DNA of 61,832 nucleotides, filler included, from Spirochaetales bacterium (lineage in GTDB: Bacteria; Spirochaetota; Spirochaetia; Treponematales; UBA12059): the NCBI GenBank assembly GCA_016928955.1. It is 5 parts of 5 records of this genome, joined end to end, with 100 filler letters (N's around TTAATTAATTAA, not from the genome) between each part and the next. Parts side by side here need not be neighbours in the genome. Positions count along the whole stretch, not along the records: positions 8,941 to 32,515 come from JAFGJV010000011.1; positions 32,616 to 38,628 come from JAFGJV010000014.1; 3 more parts are not named here. The stretch is one strand, 5' to 3'. Made by a program: the position numbers and the translations under genes. Positions 27,269 through 36,831 of this stretch are shown here, one piece after another. Every line of letters starts with the position of its first letter. Position 1 is the first letter of the stretch. The notes beneath the pieces are model-generated. The model saw only the letters and a program-made list of their open reading frames with translations. It was not told the origin of the DNA and did not search any database.

Positions 27269-28849
27269 TCAGAATCCAGCAAAGGTGCAGAACTCGTCCC
27301 AGCTGGTGTTCACGCACAGGTCCAGCTGGCTGTAGGTGGTGGTGTCGGCCATCATGGTGATGGACGCGCCGTAGGCCTTGCCGGTCCAGGTGGAGCCGGT
27401 CCAGTTGCCAAGCACCATGTTGCTGATGGCCGTGCGCACGTTAGCGGCGGCCGTCTTGACGGTGGAGGTCATGGAGCTGGAGTTGTAGATGTTGGTCATG
27501 TACGCGTACAGGTCCTTGGTGTAGCCGGAGAAGCTGGGCAGGCTGGTCATCAGGGACTTGAAGGTGGAGCCGGAAATTCCGGAAGCCATGGCCGCGTCGG
27601 CAAAGGCGTCAATGGCGGTGCCCAGGGCGGCGGCCTTGGTGATGTCCACGTTGCAGAAGGTCACGTCCGAGTAGGACGAGTACCAGGCCGCGTAGGTCTC
27701 GCGGATGCGCTGGGTGAAATACGCGCCGGTGCTGGTCGGGCTGGACTTGATGCTGGACAGGAAGGCGTAGTTCCAGCCGTCGCCGGGCTCGGTCTGCTCG
27801 CTGGCGGCCATGTAATTGGCCACGTTGCGGTACTGGTAGTACACCTCGGCGGTGGCCATGAGGCAGGCGTCAAAGCCCACGGCTTCCACGTTCTTGCCGA
27901 TCTTGCCCTTGAGGTAGGTCATGATGGACAGCTGCTCAACCTCGGACAGGTGGTCGCCGGAGTTCGTGTCGTCCCAGCAGACGCCCCTGTACACCGGGCG
28001 GTCAACGGCGCCGCCGTGGTTCCACCAGATCCAGGCGAACTTCTGCGCGGGGAAGTTGGCCGTGGCCCAGTCTATAAAGGCGTTGGCGGTGGCGGTGGCG
28101 CCCATGTTCACCTCGCCCACGTCCTTGAGCAGGGTGGCCTTGCCGGCCTCGATGTAATAGTAGCCGTGGGTGGTGCTGGCGTTGTCCCAGAGGACCACGA
28201 TGTTCAGGTTGGTGGCGTCGGAGCCCACGCCGTACATCTCGGCTATGTCCTTGGTGGCGTAGGTGGACAGGTTGTTGTCGCCGTCCAGGTACACGAGCAC
28301 GGTCCAGGCCTTGGAGGGCTGGGGCAGGGTAATGGTGCCGCCGCCGCCGCCGCCGGAAGTTACGCTGATGTTGTAGCCGCGGTTCGAGCCGGTGCGTCCG
28401 CCGTATGAGTAGGACCGGATGTAATAGGTCTTGGTATACGGGGCTGTCCATACGATCTTGGAGCCGTAGTCGCCGGAGGCTTTGTCGTCGTTGCTGGCCT
28501 TGACCGTGTAGTTGTCGTACACGTACAGGTAGGTGTCGCCATAGCCGAGCACCCAGGTCTCGATGGTGTACTGCGTGCCCGCCACGGCGCTGAGCTTCAT
28601 GTAGTCGTTCGCGTCGTCATAGAAATTGTGTTCCTGCGCGGCCGCGTTGGTGGTGATGGTCTTGGCGTAGGTGCGGGTGTCGTCGTTCTCGTACGCGTCC
28701 GGAGAGGTCAGGCTGATGGCCCTGACCGGGTCGCGGTACACTTCCTCTTTGGGAAGCGCGAGGTCGTCGCTCACGGCGCCGAACGGGCCGGAGCAGGAAA
28801 CGGCGAGCAGTACCAGTGCCGCCGCCACGAACAATGCACACTTTTTCAT
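27269..28849 (-). CDS. Clostripain-family (C11) cysteine protease lipoprotein with N-terminal PPC-like domain
   Basis: Lipobox LAVSC; WTVLVYLDGDNNL, catalytic WNHG and FDACLM; DAYENDD and poly-Gly linker. Confidence 0.88.
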   Translation of the reverse strand: MKKCALFVAAALVLLAVSCSGPFGAVSDDLALPKEEVYRDPVRAISLTSPDAYENDDTRTYAKTITTNAAAQEHNFYDDANDYMKLSAVAGTQYTIETWVLGYGDTYLYVYDNYTVKASNDDKASGDYGSKIVWTAPYTKTYYIRSYSYGGRTGSNRGYNISVTSGGGGGGTITLPQPSKAWTVLVYLDGDNNLSTYATKDIAEMYGVGSDATNLNIVVLWDNASTTHGYYYIEAGKATLLKDVGEVNMGATATANAFIDWATANFPAQKFAWIWWNHGGAVDRPVYRGVCWDDTNSGDHLSEVEQLSIMTYLKGKIGKNVEAVGFDACLMATAEVYYQYRNVANYMAASEQTEPGDGWNYAFLSSIKSSPTSTGAYFTQRIRETYAAWYSSYSDVTFCNVDITKAAALGTAIDAFADAAMASGISGSTFKSLMTSLPSFSGYTKDLYAYMTNIYNSSSMTSTVKTAAANVRTAISNMVLGNWTGSTWTGKAYGASITMMADTTTYSQLDLCVNTSWDEFCTFAGF

Positions 28850-29188
28850 GAAATCCCCCCAGAAAACAGCATGGGCGGCTTTAGGTCGGCAGGCATACGC
28901 CAGCGCTATGGCCAAAACCGAGCTTGCGCCGCCGGCAGGGCGCTTGTGCGGCTCCCGGCCGAATCCCCACATCCAACGGACAGCGCGGATTAAGCTGATG
29001 CTATACCAGCCATGGAACGTGTCAACGTATGAAATATTCACACCTCTACGCAGAAACGGCATATTTTAGTAAAAGCACTACACATTTGTGGGTGTGTGGA
29101 AAAAAGGCGCCAAAATTGTGCTGTTTTGGGCTGCAAACGCGCCAATGGGCGCTTCCGGCTTGCAAAAATGCCCGTTTGCATGACAATT

Positions 29189-31846
29189 ATGCCTGTGCAG
29201 TCTTCCAACACCCCATGGCGCCTCTCCATACTTTCCCGAGACGACGACGAGCGGGCGGTCCTAGCGCGTGCGTGCGCGGATGCCCTTCCCGCCTGCCGCG
29301 TGGAAGCTCCGGAGCGCCTGGATGACCTTGCGGCCGCCCTTTCCGGCGCGGATGCGCTGATAGTATCACGCGGCGCCCTGAGCGATATCCCGGACAACGC
29401 GGCTGATGGTGTGCCCTGCGCCGTGATAGGTGGGGACCAGAGCCTGCCAGCTGGTTTTGAGCAGGCCTTTGTCCTTGAGGCGGGTCCCGGTGCCGGTCCG
29501 CTGGCCGCTGCGTGGGCGGCCGGGGTGTTTACGCGGCCGGGGCGGAAGGGACCGTCCGATGCCCTGTACGAGCGCCGCTATGAGGATTTGGTGCGGGCCC
29601 TGCCGGATATCGTCTACGAGCTGTCTGTGGACGGAACCGTGACCTTTGTGAATGACTCCGTCTCCCTGCTTGGCTACACACCCAGCGAGGTCATAGGCAA
29701 GCATTTTTCAGTCCTCCTGCACGACGACGACGCGGAGGCGGTGGACAGGGACCGCGTGCTCTCGGACTATTTGGGATCCAAGACCGGCCAGACGCTCAGC
29801 CCCAAGCTGTTCAACGAGCGGCGGGGCATAGAGCGCCGGACCAGCGAGTTGGAAGTCCGTCTTAGGCGGAAGCACCAGGGGCCGAGCGCCATGCAGGACC
29901 TCATAGGCGAGGTCATATCCTACGGGGAAGTGTCCGCGGCCGGTGAGTACGACGAAGAGGGTTCGGGCGAGCTCCGGGGAACCGTGGGCATCATACGCGA
30001 CGTGACCCTCAGGCGGAAATCCGAGGAAATGCTCCGCAAGCTGTACCAGGCCGTGGATCAGTTGGGCCTGTGCGTCTTTGTGGTCAACCACGCGTTCGAG
30101 GTCGAGTACGTCAATCCCGCATTTTTCCTGCTTACGCTGTTTTCCCCCGCGGATGTGCTGGGCACGTCCATCTTCCGGTTTTTTGCCTTTCCGCCGGAGA
30201 AGGCCGAGAGCATACGGAAACACGTGCAGGATGGCTTTGAGGTGCGCTATGAGGTTTTGGTGCCCCGGGCTAAGGGTGGCCACATCCACGCGGAGTTTTC
30301 CATGTTTCCCGTCCGCTCGCCGGGAGGCATCGTCACCCACGCCATAGCCATAGCGGAGGACATAAGCGCCCGCAAGTCCATGGAGACGCTCCTCAGGGGC
30401 GCCAGGGACGAGGCGGACAAGGCCAACCAGGCCAAGACCCGCTTCCTGGCCAGTATGACGCACGAGCTCAAGAATCCCATCACCGGCATATTGTCCGCCG
30501 CCAACCTGATCAGGCTCGCGCCCCAGGAAGCGGCCAAACGGGCAGGCCTGATAGAGGAATACGCGCAAACCTTATTGGACATACTCACGGGCATACTCGA
30601 CTATGTCCGCTCGGAGGGCAGCGACGTGTCCATACAGCGCCTGTCCTTCCCCCTGAAGGCCTTCATTGAAGGACTGTGCGCCACCTACCGGGAACGGGCA
30701 CGGCACAAGGGGCTGGAATTCGCGGTGCGCATAGGCCAGGACGAGAACGTGGAGAGCGATCCCGACCGCCTGGGCCGGGCCATAGGCATACTCCTGGACA
30801 ACGCGGTGAAATTCACCAGTTCAGGTTCGGTGACCGTGGACGCCAGGGTGGAGCGGCAGGAGGGGAACGTCCCCCATGTGGTGGTGGACGTGCTTGATAC
30901 CGGCGTTGGCATAGTGCCTGAGGACAGGGATCGCATTTTCATGCCCTTTACCCGCGTTGGCCAGCTCAGGGGCGCGGAAGCCAGGGGCGCGGGCATAGGA
31001 CTGGCCCTGGCCAGGAACCTGGTCCGCGTGCTCGGCGGGGAGATACGCATGGACAGCGACCCGGGCAAGGGCAGCGCGTTCAAGCTTGTGGTGCCGTCCG
31101 GGGCTCCGAGGGTCGGTACCCCTGGTTCCCATGCCGAATCTTTTGTGCTTCTGGTTGTGGACGACAACGAAGTCAACCTGGAATTCATGCGAACCCTCAT
31201 GGAAAACGCCGGCTTTACCGTCCGCACCGCGGCCAGCGCCCCGGAAGCCTTCAGGGTCCTGGAAGAGCGCTATGTGGACGCAGCCATCCTGGACATACAG
31301 ATGCCCGGCTATAGCGGCATAGAGCTTGGCAAGGCCATCCGGGCCTATGCCGGATCCCGGTACTCGCCCAGCATGCCCCTGTTTGCCCTTACGGCGCACG
31401 GCCCCGGGGAGCTTGAAGGGCAGGAACAAGTGTTTCACGCTGTGTTCAACAAACCGGCCGATCTCAGGAGGCTTCTGGAAGGCGTGAGTGCGGCGATCCG
31501 GGAGCGGGAAACCGTATCCACCGCCTATTTCAGCGCCATGTACGGAGGCAAGCGGGGCGAACGCCTTGTGGCGGTCGACACGATGCTGGCGTCGGTGACG
31601 GAGGCTGTCGAGCGGCTGCGGGAAGCCCTGAACGGCGGCGACGGGCGCATAGACGTACGGGCTGAAGCCAACATACTCATGAACACCCTGCAGCGTTTTG
31701 CCCATCCCGCGGGCATGGACCTGGTCCGCCTGTTCATAGAGCACTATGCCGACGAGGATCGGGATCTGCTCGAAAGCCTGCTCAACCGCGTGGCAGGCAT
31801 GTGCGTAAAGGCCTTGCACGACGCGGCCAGGGACGATGTCCTGTGA
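29189..31846 (+). CDS. Cytoplasmic PAS-PAS hybrid histidine kinase with REC (start uncertain)
   Basis: Two PAS domains, intact THELKNP, DNAVKFT, DTGVG, GIGLA, REC ILDIQMP. Confidence 0.88.
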   Translation: MPVQSSNTPWRLSILSRDDDERAVLARACADALPACRVEAPERLDDLAAALSGADALIVSRGALSDIPDNAADGVPCAVIGGDQSLPAGFEQAFVLEAGPGAGPLAAAWAAGVFTRPGRKGPSDALYERRYEDLVRALPDIVYELSVDGTVTFVNDSVSLLGYTPSEVIGKHFSVLLHDDDAEAVDRDRVLSDYLGSKTGQTLSPKLFNERRGIERRTSELEVRLRRKHQGPSAMQDLIGEVISYGEVSAAGEYDEEGSGELRGTVGIIRDVTLRRKSEEMLRKLYQAVDQLGLCVFVVNHAFEVEYVNPAFFLLTLFSPADVLGTSIFRFFAFPPEKAESIRKHVQDGFEVRYEVLVPRAKGGHIHAEFSMFPVRSPGGIVTHAIAIAEDISARKSMETLLRGARDEADKANQAKTRFLASMTHELKNPITGILSAANLIRLAPQEAAKRAGLIEEYAQTLLDILTGILDYVRSEGSDVSIQRLSFPLKAFIEGLCATYRERARHKGLEFAVRIGQDENVESDPDRLGRAIGILLDNAVKFTSSGSVTVDARVERQEGNVPHVVVDVLDTGVGIVPEDRDRIFMPFTRVGQLRGAEARGAGIGLALARNLVRVLGGEIRMDSDPGKGSAFKLVVPSGAPRVGTPGSHAESFVLLVVDDNEVNLEFMRTLMENAGFTVRTAASAPEAFRVLEERYVDAAILDIQMPGYSGIELGKAIRAYAGSRYSPSMPLFALTAHGPGELEGQEQVFHAVFNKPADLRRLLEGVSAAIRERETVSTAYFSAMYGGKRGERLVAVDTMLASVTEAVERLREALNGGDGRIDVRAEANILMNTLQRFAHPAGMDLVRLFIEHYADEDRDLLESLLNRVAGMCVKALHDAARDDVL

Positions 31847-32220
31847 TGGCCCTGGTCGTGGACGACGACGCGGCCAACCGCGACATACTCGGCCGCCTGC
31901 TCGAGCGCTCCGGGTGGCTGTACGATCTGGCCGACAACGGCCAGGCAGCCGTGGACGCGTGCGCCAGGACCCATTATGATCTCATCCTCCTGGACCTTTT
32001 CATGCCCGGCATGGACGGCGTTACCTGCGCGACGCGGATCAGGGGGCTGTACGAGCGAGCGGACAAGGCTCCGGAAGGCTCACCGTACACGCCGAGGATC
32101 GTGGCGGTGACCGGATCAGAGGGCCCCGGGGCGGAAGCGCGGTCCCTGTTCGACGCGGAATTGCCCAAGCCATACAGCATGGATGAGCTTAAAGCCATAC
32201 TGGATTCCTGCCCAAGCTAG
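31846..32220 (+). CDS. Single-domain response regulator
   Basis: LVVDDD, LLDLFMPGMDG, KP; TGATG overlap with the kinase gene. Confidence 0.85.
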   Translation: MALVVDDDAANRDILGRLLERSGWLYDLADNGQAAVDACARTHYDLILLDLFMPGMDGVTCATRIRGLYERADKAPEGSPYTPRIVAVTGSEGPGAEARSLFDAELPKPYSMDELKAILDSCPS

Positions 32221-32258
32221 CCATTTTGGGGCGGAAACGGGGAATCTTTCCGCGGATG

Positions 32259-32287
32259 TTGACATTTTTTTTCGTTTTCTGTATTGT
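32259..32287 (+). promoter_or_regulatory. Sigma70 promoter of tRNA
   Basis: TTGACA-17 bp-TATTGT. Confidence 0.75.
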
Positions 32288-32301
32288 AAGCTCAAGAACG
32301 A

Positions 32302-32374
32302 CGCAGGGTAGAGCAGTTGGCAGCTCGTCGGGCTCATAACCCGGAGGTCGTAGGTTCGAGTCCTACCCCTGCTA
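32302..32374 (+). tRNA. tRNA-Met(CAT), initiator type; CCA not encoded
   Basis: Cloverleaf with CAT anticodon, GGG/CCC anticodon stem, unpaired position 1:72, GGTTCGAGTCC T-arm. Confidence 0.95.
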
Positions 32375-32780
32375 AAAAACAAAGGCCGCGCATGAGCGCG
32401 GCTTTTGCTTTTTGACGAAGCAGGAGTGGGACTCGAACAGTAGCGAGCGCGCGCCGCATAGGCGCGAACAGCGCGTATGATACGCGCGGAAGCGAGCGGA
32501 TGCGTCCGAGGGCCCNNNNNNNNNNNNNNNNNNNNNNNNNNNNNNNNNNNNNNNNNNNNTTAATTAATTAANNNNNNNNNNNNNNNNNNNNNNNNNNNNN
32601 NNNNNNNNNNNNNNNATGATACGCGCGGAAGCGAGCGGATGCGTCCGAGGGCCCGAGCCAGGACGGCATGGGCCCGAGGAAGAGTCCTACCCCTGCTAAA
32701 AAGCAAAGGCCGCGCATGAGCGCGGCCTTTGCTTTTTGACGAAGCAGGAGTAGGACTCGAACAGTAGCGAGCGCGCGCCG
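32358..32780 (+). repeat. tRNA-linked tandem repeat (~185-bp unit), spans a gap
   Basis: GAGTCCTACCCCTGCTAAAAA + hairpin + AGCAGGAGT(G/A)GGACTCGAAC at 32358 and 32682; 39 identical bp on both sides of the gap. Confidence 0.85.
32516..32615. other. Artificial contig linker
   Basis: N-run with TTAATTAATTAA. Confidence 0.98.
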
Positions 32781-32876
32781 CGGGAAATCATGGCCCTGCA
32801 GGACAAAAAGCAATAATGAGCAGATGCATGTCGGAGCGTCTTTGACTCGATACTAAAAGATGACTAAATTAGTAAT

Positions 32877-33251
32877 ATGAAAAGCCCGGAGACCGTCGAC
32901 GAGTATATACAGCAATTCACGCCTGAGATACGGGAAATTCTTGAGGACATCAGGGCTGTCATAAAGGAAGCCGCGCCGGATGCCAAGGAACGCATCGCGT
33001 ATAACATACCAACCTATACCCAGAGAACGAACCTGGTGCATTTTGCCGCGTTCAAGAACCATATAGGCTTGTATCCGACTCCAAGCGGAACGGAAGCGTT
33101 CGAGCGTGAACTTTCAACGTATGCGCGCGGCAAGGGTTCAGTGCGGTTTCCGCTCGATAAGCCGATGCCGTTGGATTTGATCCGGCGGATAGTCCTGTTC
33201 AAGGTTCAAGAAGGCGCGCCAGCCGGCACCGGCACTGAGGAGAGGGCCTGA
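32877..33251 (+). CDS. DUF1801/YdhG-like protein
   Basis: TVDEYI...APDAKERIAYNIPTY...HFAAFKNHIGLYP...KGSVRFPLDKPMP. Confidence 0.85.
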   Translation: MKSPETVDEYIQQFTPEIREILEDIRAVIKEAAPDAKERIAYNIPTYTQRTNLVHFAAFKNHIGLYPTPSGTEAFERELSTYARGKGSVRFPLDKPMPLDLIRRIVLFKVQEGAPAGTGTEERA

Positions 33252-33439
33252 CCCGTAGGAGCTTGCTGTAGTCCTATCCAGGTATCTTCGTAGCACTCCA
33301 CCCAGGTCCGGCTTTGCGGGCGTTTCTGCAGTTTGTCGAATTCCCGTTGCATGTCGATGCTGGCCGATGGAGACGCCAGTATGCGCAGGGATGCGACTGG
33401 GAACCCTTCAGTCTCGATCGCTTATTTCAAGGTAAGCTA

Positions 33440-33955
33440 CTAGCTGTTCTTTAACCCGCTGAACCAAGGCATTTGCTTGCCGCTTATAAACTGGAGCCTG
33501 AGTCCCAGTTGGGCTGCATGATGCTGGATATGCCGGATGTTGTACACATACAGTTCGGCCCGACTCATGGTACGGAAATCTATCCCAGAACCACCCGTCA
33601 TGCTCTCCACGGTTTCGTTCGCGACGCGCGCCCGCAGTTTCGCATAGCAATGGGCTAGATATTCCAGGCAGAATGGTTTTCCGTACATATTCGCCGGGAT
33701 TCGGTCTTCTAGCTCCTCGTAGTCCCCGAAATCTTCCTTGTGTTGAGCATGGAACGCTTGTTCCCTGAAGGGTTCCGAGTCTCGGCCAAGATAAAAATCG
33801 GTAAAAAAGAGCGTATGGAACACCACCTGCGAGAAGGGAGCGTCGTTATGGTAATCTTGCCAGGCGTTTTCAGGACACGCGTCGACACAGTATTTGAGTG
33901 TATCGAGGGACGCGGCCATCTGGCGCGTGATGAGTTGCTGTATGGTATCTATCAT
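33440..33955 (-). CDS. DinB-family protein
   Basis: FHTLFFTDFYL and YNIRHIQHHAAQL His pattern; GGAGG RBS. Confidence 0.8.
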   Translation of the reverse strand: MIDTIQQLITRQMAASLDTLKYCVDACPENAWQDYHNDAPFSQVVFHTLFFTDFYLGRDSEPFREQAFHAQHKEDFGDYEELEDRIPANMYGKPFCLEYLAHCYAKLRARVANETVESMTGGSGIDFRTMSRAELYVYNIRHIQHHAAQLGLRLQFISGKQMPWFSGLKNS

Positions 33956-34151
33956 GGTTATAGCCCTCCAACTGACATTCTCCGAGTACTCTAGCAGGCC
34001 GCGGGAATAACAGGTAGCGATATACGAGGTTTGTTGGCCCGTGTGCCAGGAATTGCCCTTGCCGGCGTCGTTGCCCTGGAATGCTCCTTGAGGCATGGGG
34101 TCCGCAGACCGCGCTTGACCTCACCATGCTGACATGGTACTTTGATTTGTC

Positions 34152-35993
34152 ATGAGAATAGCCTATGTTGATGGCCGCCGCCTCAGGCGGGGTCTTATAG
34201 CCGGCGCAAAGCGCCTTGCGGAAAGCGCGGGGCTCCTGGACCGGATCAATGTGTTCCCCGTTCCGGATGGCGACACGGGAGCCAACATGGCCGCCACGGT
34301 GCTGGCCCTGTCCAGCGGCGTGGCCGAAGGCGCAACGCCCAGCGTCGGTCGGACAGCCCGTATGGCCGCGGACGCTGCGCTCAACGGGGCGCGGGGAAAC
34401 TCGGGAGCCATACTGGCGCAGTTTTTTCACGGTTTGGCCGACAACCTGGCCCACGAGGCGCGAATAGGCACCAGGCGCTTTGCCGAGGGCGTGAAGGCGG
34501 CGGCCCATGCCGCCCGCATGGCGATATCGTCGCCCAAGGAAGGCACCATCATAACGGTGCTCCATGACTGGGCTGAGGCCGCCCACCGTGTCGCGGCGCG
34601 CACGGACGATTTCATGGACCTGATCAAGGATACCCTTGCGGAAGCCCGGCGCTCGCTCAAGCGCACCATCGACCTGCTCCCCGAACTCAAAAAGGCCGGC
34701 GTGGTTGACGCCGGCGCCTTGGGGTTTGTGCGCTTTGTGGAAGGCGTCTACAACTACATGCTCAGCGGCCGTATGAGGGACGCTGACGGGCGCGGTCTGG
34801 TTTTTGCCGACGATGCTGCCGAATTCTCCGAATATGGCGACAACGCCGGGTTTGAGGATATCCACGACGAGGCGCCGGACAGGCGCTATTGTCTGGAAGC
34901 CATGCTGGACGGTGACGCCTTGGATTCCCAGGCGGTCAGGGCAGGGCTACAGTCGCTGGGCAACTCGGTGGTGGTCGCCGGCTCGACGCGCAGGCTCAAG
35001 ATCCACACCCACACTGACCAGCCCCAACGCGTGTTCCGTTTCCTTGAGGGCGCAGGCCGGGTTGACCAGCCCAAGGTGGACGACATGGTGTTGCAGGCCG
35101 CCCGTTCCCAGGCCGGGCACCGGGCCTGCGCCGTCCTGAGCGATTCGGCGGCTGACCTTCCTGAAAGCGACAGGCTGGCGCTCGGCATCGAGCTGGTGCC
35201 CCTCCAGCTGACCCTGGACGGGAAAACCAGGCTTGACGGTGTGGGCATGAGCGCACAGGAGGTGGCCGCCTACCTCAAGGACGCCCGGCCGGGGCAGGAT
35301 TTCCCAACCACGTCCCAGCCGTCACCCGCGGCCTTTGCCAGGAAACTGGACCTTGCCCTGTCCAAGGCGGACGAATGCGTGTACATAGGCGTGTCGGGAG
35401 CCCTTTCAGGAACCTTGGAAGCGGGAAAGCGCGCGGCTCTGACCTACCGCGATCCCGGGCGCGCTCGGGCGCTGGATTCCAGGCAGATATCCGTGGGCCA
35501 GGGACTGATCGTCAGGGCGGCCGCGCGCGCGGCAGCGGGCGGAGCGTCAGCGGACGCTGTGGAAAGCGCCGCGCGCGCGGCGGCGGCCCGCGTACGGCTT
35601 CTGGTGTCCGCCCCCAGCCTTGAAGGCCTGGTGCGGTCGGGACGGCTCAAGGGCATGAAGGCCGTGGCGGCCCGGGCTTTGGGCATACGGCCCGTGATAA
35701 CCTTGGACGACCAGGGCAAGGCCGGTCAGGCTGGCCTGTACTTCGGTACCAAGGCCGGGAGGGCGGCCATGCTGAGGATGCTCTCAAAGATCGCGCGTCC
35801 AGGCACCCGTCTGGAGGCCTTGATAGCGCACGTGGACGCCGAGGACGAGGCCCGGTTGTTGGCCGCAGAGCTGGCCGCGGGCTGGGTAGTCGACCCGGCG
35901 CCGGAAATCGTCTGGGCGGCGCCGGCGCTGGCCGCCCACGGCGGCCTTGGAGCCCTGGTGCTGGCTGTCTTGCTGCCGGAATCCAAAGCATGA
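34152..35993 (+). CDS. DAK2-DegV fusion (fatty acid kinase FakA-FakB-like)
   Basis: INVFPVPDGDTGANM, GARGNSG, VDAGA, KIHTHT, then DegV DSAADLP, TTSQPS, LSGT, SGR. Confidence 0.88.
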   Translation: MRIAYVDGRRLRRGLIAGAKRLAESAGLLDRINVFPVPDGDTGANMAATVLALSSGVAEGATPSVGRTARMAADAALNGARGNSGAILAQFFHGLADNLAHEARIGTRRFAEGVKAAAHAARMAISSPKEGTIITVLHDWAEAAHRVAARTDDFMDLIKDTLAEARRSLKRTIDLLPELKKAGVVDAGALGFVRFVEGVYNYMLSGRMRDADGRGLVFADDAAEFSEYGDNAGFEDIHDEAPDRRYCLEAMLDGDALDSQAVRAGLQSLGNSVVVAGSTRRLKIHTHTDQPQRVFRFLEGAGRVDQPKVDDMVLQAARSQAGHRACAVLSDSAADLPESDRLALGIELVPLQLTLDGKTRLDGVGMSAQEVAAYLKDARPGQDFPTTSQPSPAAFARKLDLALSKADECVYIGVSGALSGTLEAGKRAALTYRDPGRARALDSRQISVGQGLIVRAAARAAAGGASADAVESAARAAAARVRLLVSAPSLEGLVRSGRLKGMKAVAARALGIRPVITLDDQGKAGQAGLYFGTKAGRAAMLRMLSKIARPGTRLEALIAHVDAEDEARLLAAELAAGWVVDPAPEIVWAAPALAAHGGLGALVLAVLLPESKA

Positions 35994-36658
35994 GTCCTGT
36001 TGTATCCGTCGGGCTGTCCGTGGTTCTGTCCTATCTGGCCGGATCGTTTCCCACGTCCATAATCATAGGCAAGCTGTTTTTTGGGCGGGATCCCAGGCTG
36101 GAAGGCTCGGGTAACGCCGGAGGGACCAACAGTTTTCGCGTGTTCGGCTGGAAAGCCGGCCTGGCCGTGTCCTTGCTGGACGTGGCCAAGGGCGCTCTGG
36201 CCGCCGGCCTTTTGTCCCGGCTGGTCCCGGCGGACGTCCTGCCACCCGAAGCGTCCATGATGCTCTGCGGCCTTGCGGCTGTGGCGGGCCATGTGTGGAC
36301 GGTATTTGCCGGCTTCAGAGGCGGCAAGGGCGTGGCCACGGCCGCCGGAGCCATCCTGGTGTTCGCCCCGGCCAGCTTTGGGGCCGCCCTGCTGGGCTTT
36401 GCGCTTGTGCTTTTGTCCACCGGCATCGTGTCCGCGGCGTCCATCACGGCGGCCGTGGTGTTCTCAGCGAGCGCCCTCATCATCGAGCTGTCCGGGCCCG
36501 CTCCGTCGGGCTGGCTGATAGGTTTTGCGTGCCTGGCCGCGCCGTTCATCATGTTTACCCACCGATCAAACATAGGGCGCCTGGCGCGGGGTGAGGAAAA
36601 ACGCTTTGATAAGCTGGCCCTATTGGGCAAGCTGTTCCGGAGGCGGACCGGAAAATGA
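35990..36658 (+). CDS. plsY: Glycerol-3-phosphate acyltransferase
   Basis: GSGNAGGTN, DVAKG, GH...FRGGKGVAT, HRSNI.RL..GEE. Confidence 0.93.
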   Translation: MSPVVSVGLSVVLSYLAGSFPTSIIIGKLFFGRDPRLEGSGNAGGTNSFRVFGWKAGLAVSLLDVAKGALAAGLLSRLVPADVLPPEASMMLCGLAAVAGHVWTVFAGFRGGKGVATAAGAILVFAPASFGAALLGFALVLLSTGIVSAASITAAVVFSASALIIELSGPAPSGWLIGFACLAAPFIMFTHRSNIGRLARGEEKRFDKLALLGKLFRRRTGK

Positions 36659-36716
36659 GCGCTCCCCGGACGCGCTGGTGCGCGGATGCTCCGGGGAAGC
36701 GACCAAAACGACGCTT

Positions 36717-36820
36717 GGGAACCTCTAAAAACCCCATGGTTTTAAGGTTCCCTTGTGTTTTCAGCCGAAAACACAAGGTTCTTCAAGGAAGACCTCTAAA
36801 AACTGAAGTTTTTAGAGGTC
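36717..36820. repeat. Composite of two REP-like palindromes flanking a third hairpin
   Basis: 36717-36752 and 36791-36820 with CTTGTGTTTTC-AGCC-GAAAACACAAG between them. Confidence 0.7.
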
Positions 36821-36831
36821 CCTGCTTGTGC

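Noticed and set aside
32682..32700. attR of an integrated island at the tRNA
   Set aside because: The duplication extends ~100 bp beyond the tRNA end and the gap flanks overlap by 39 bp, which fits a tandem repeat better; a hidden island cannot be fully excluded.
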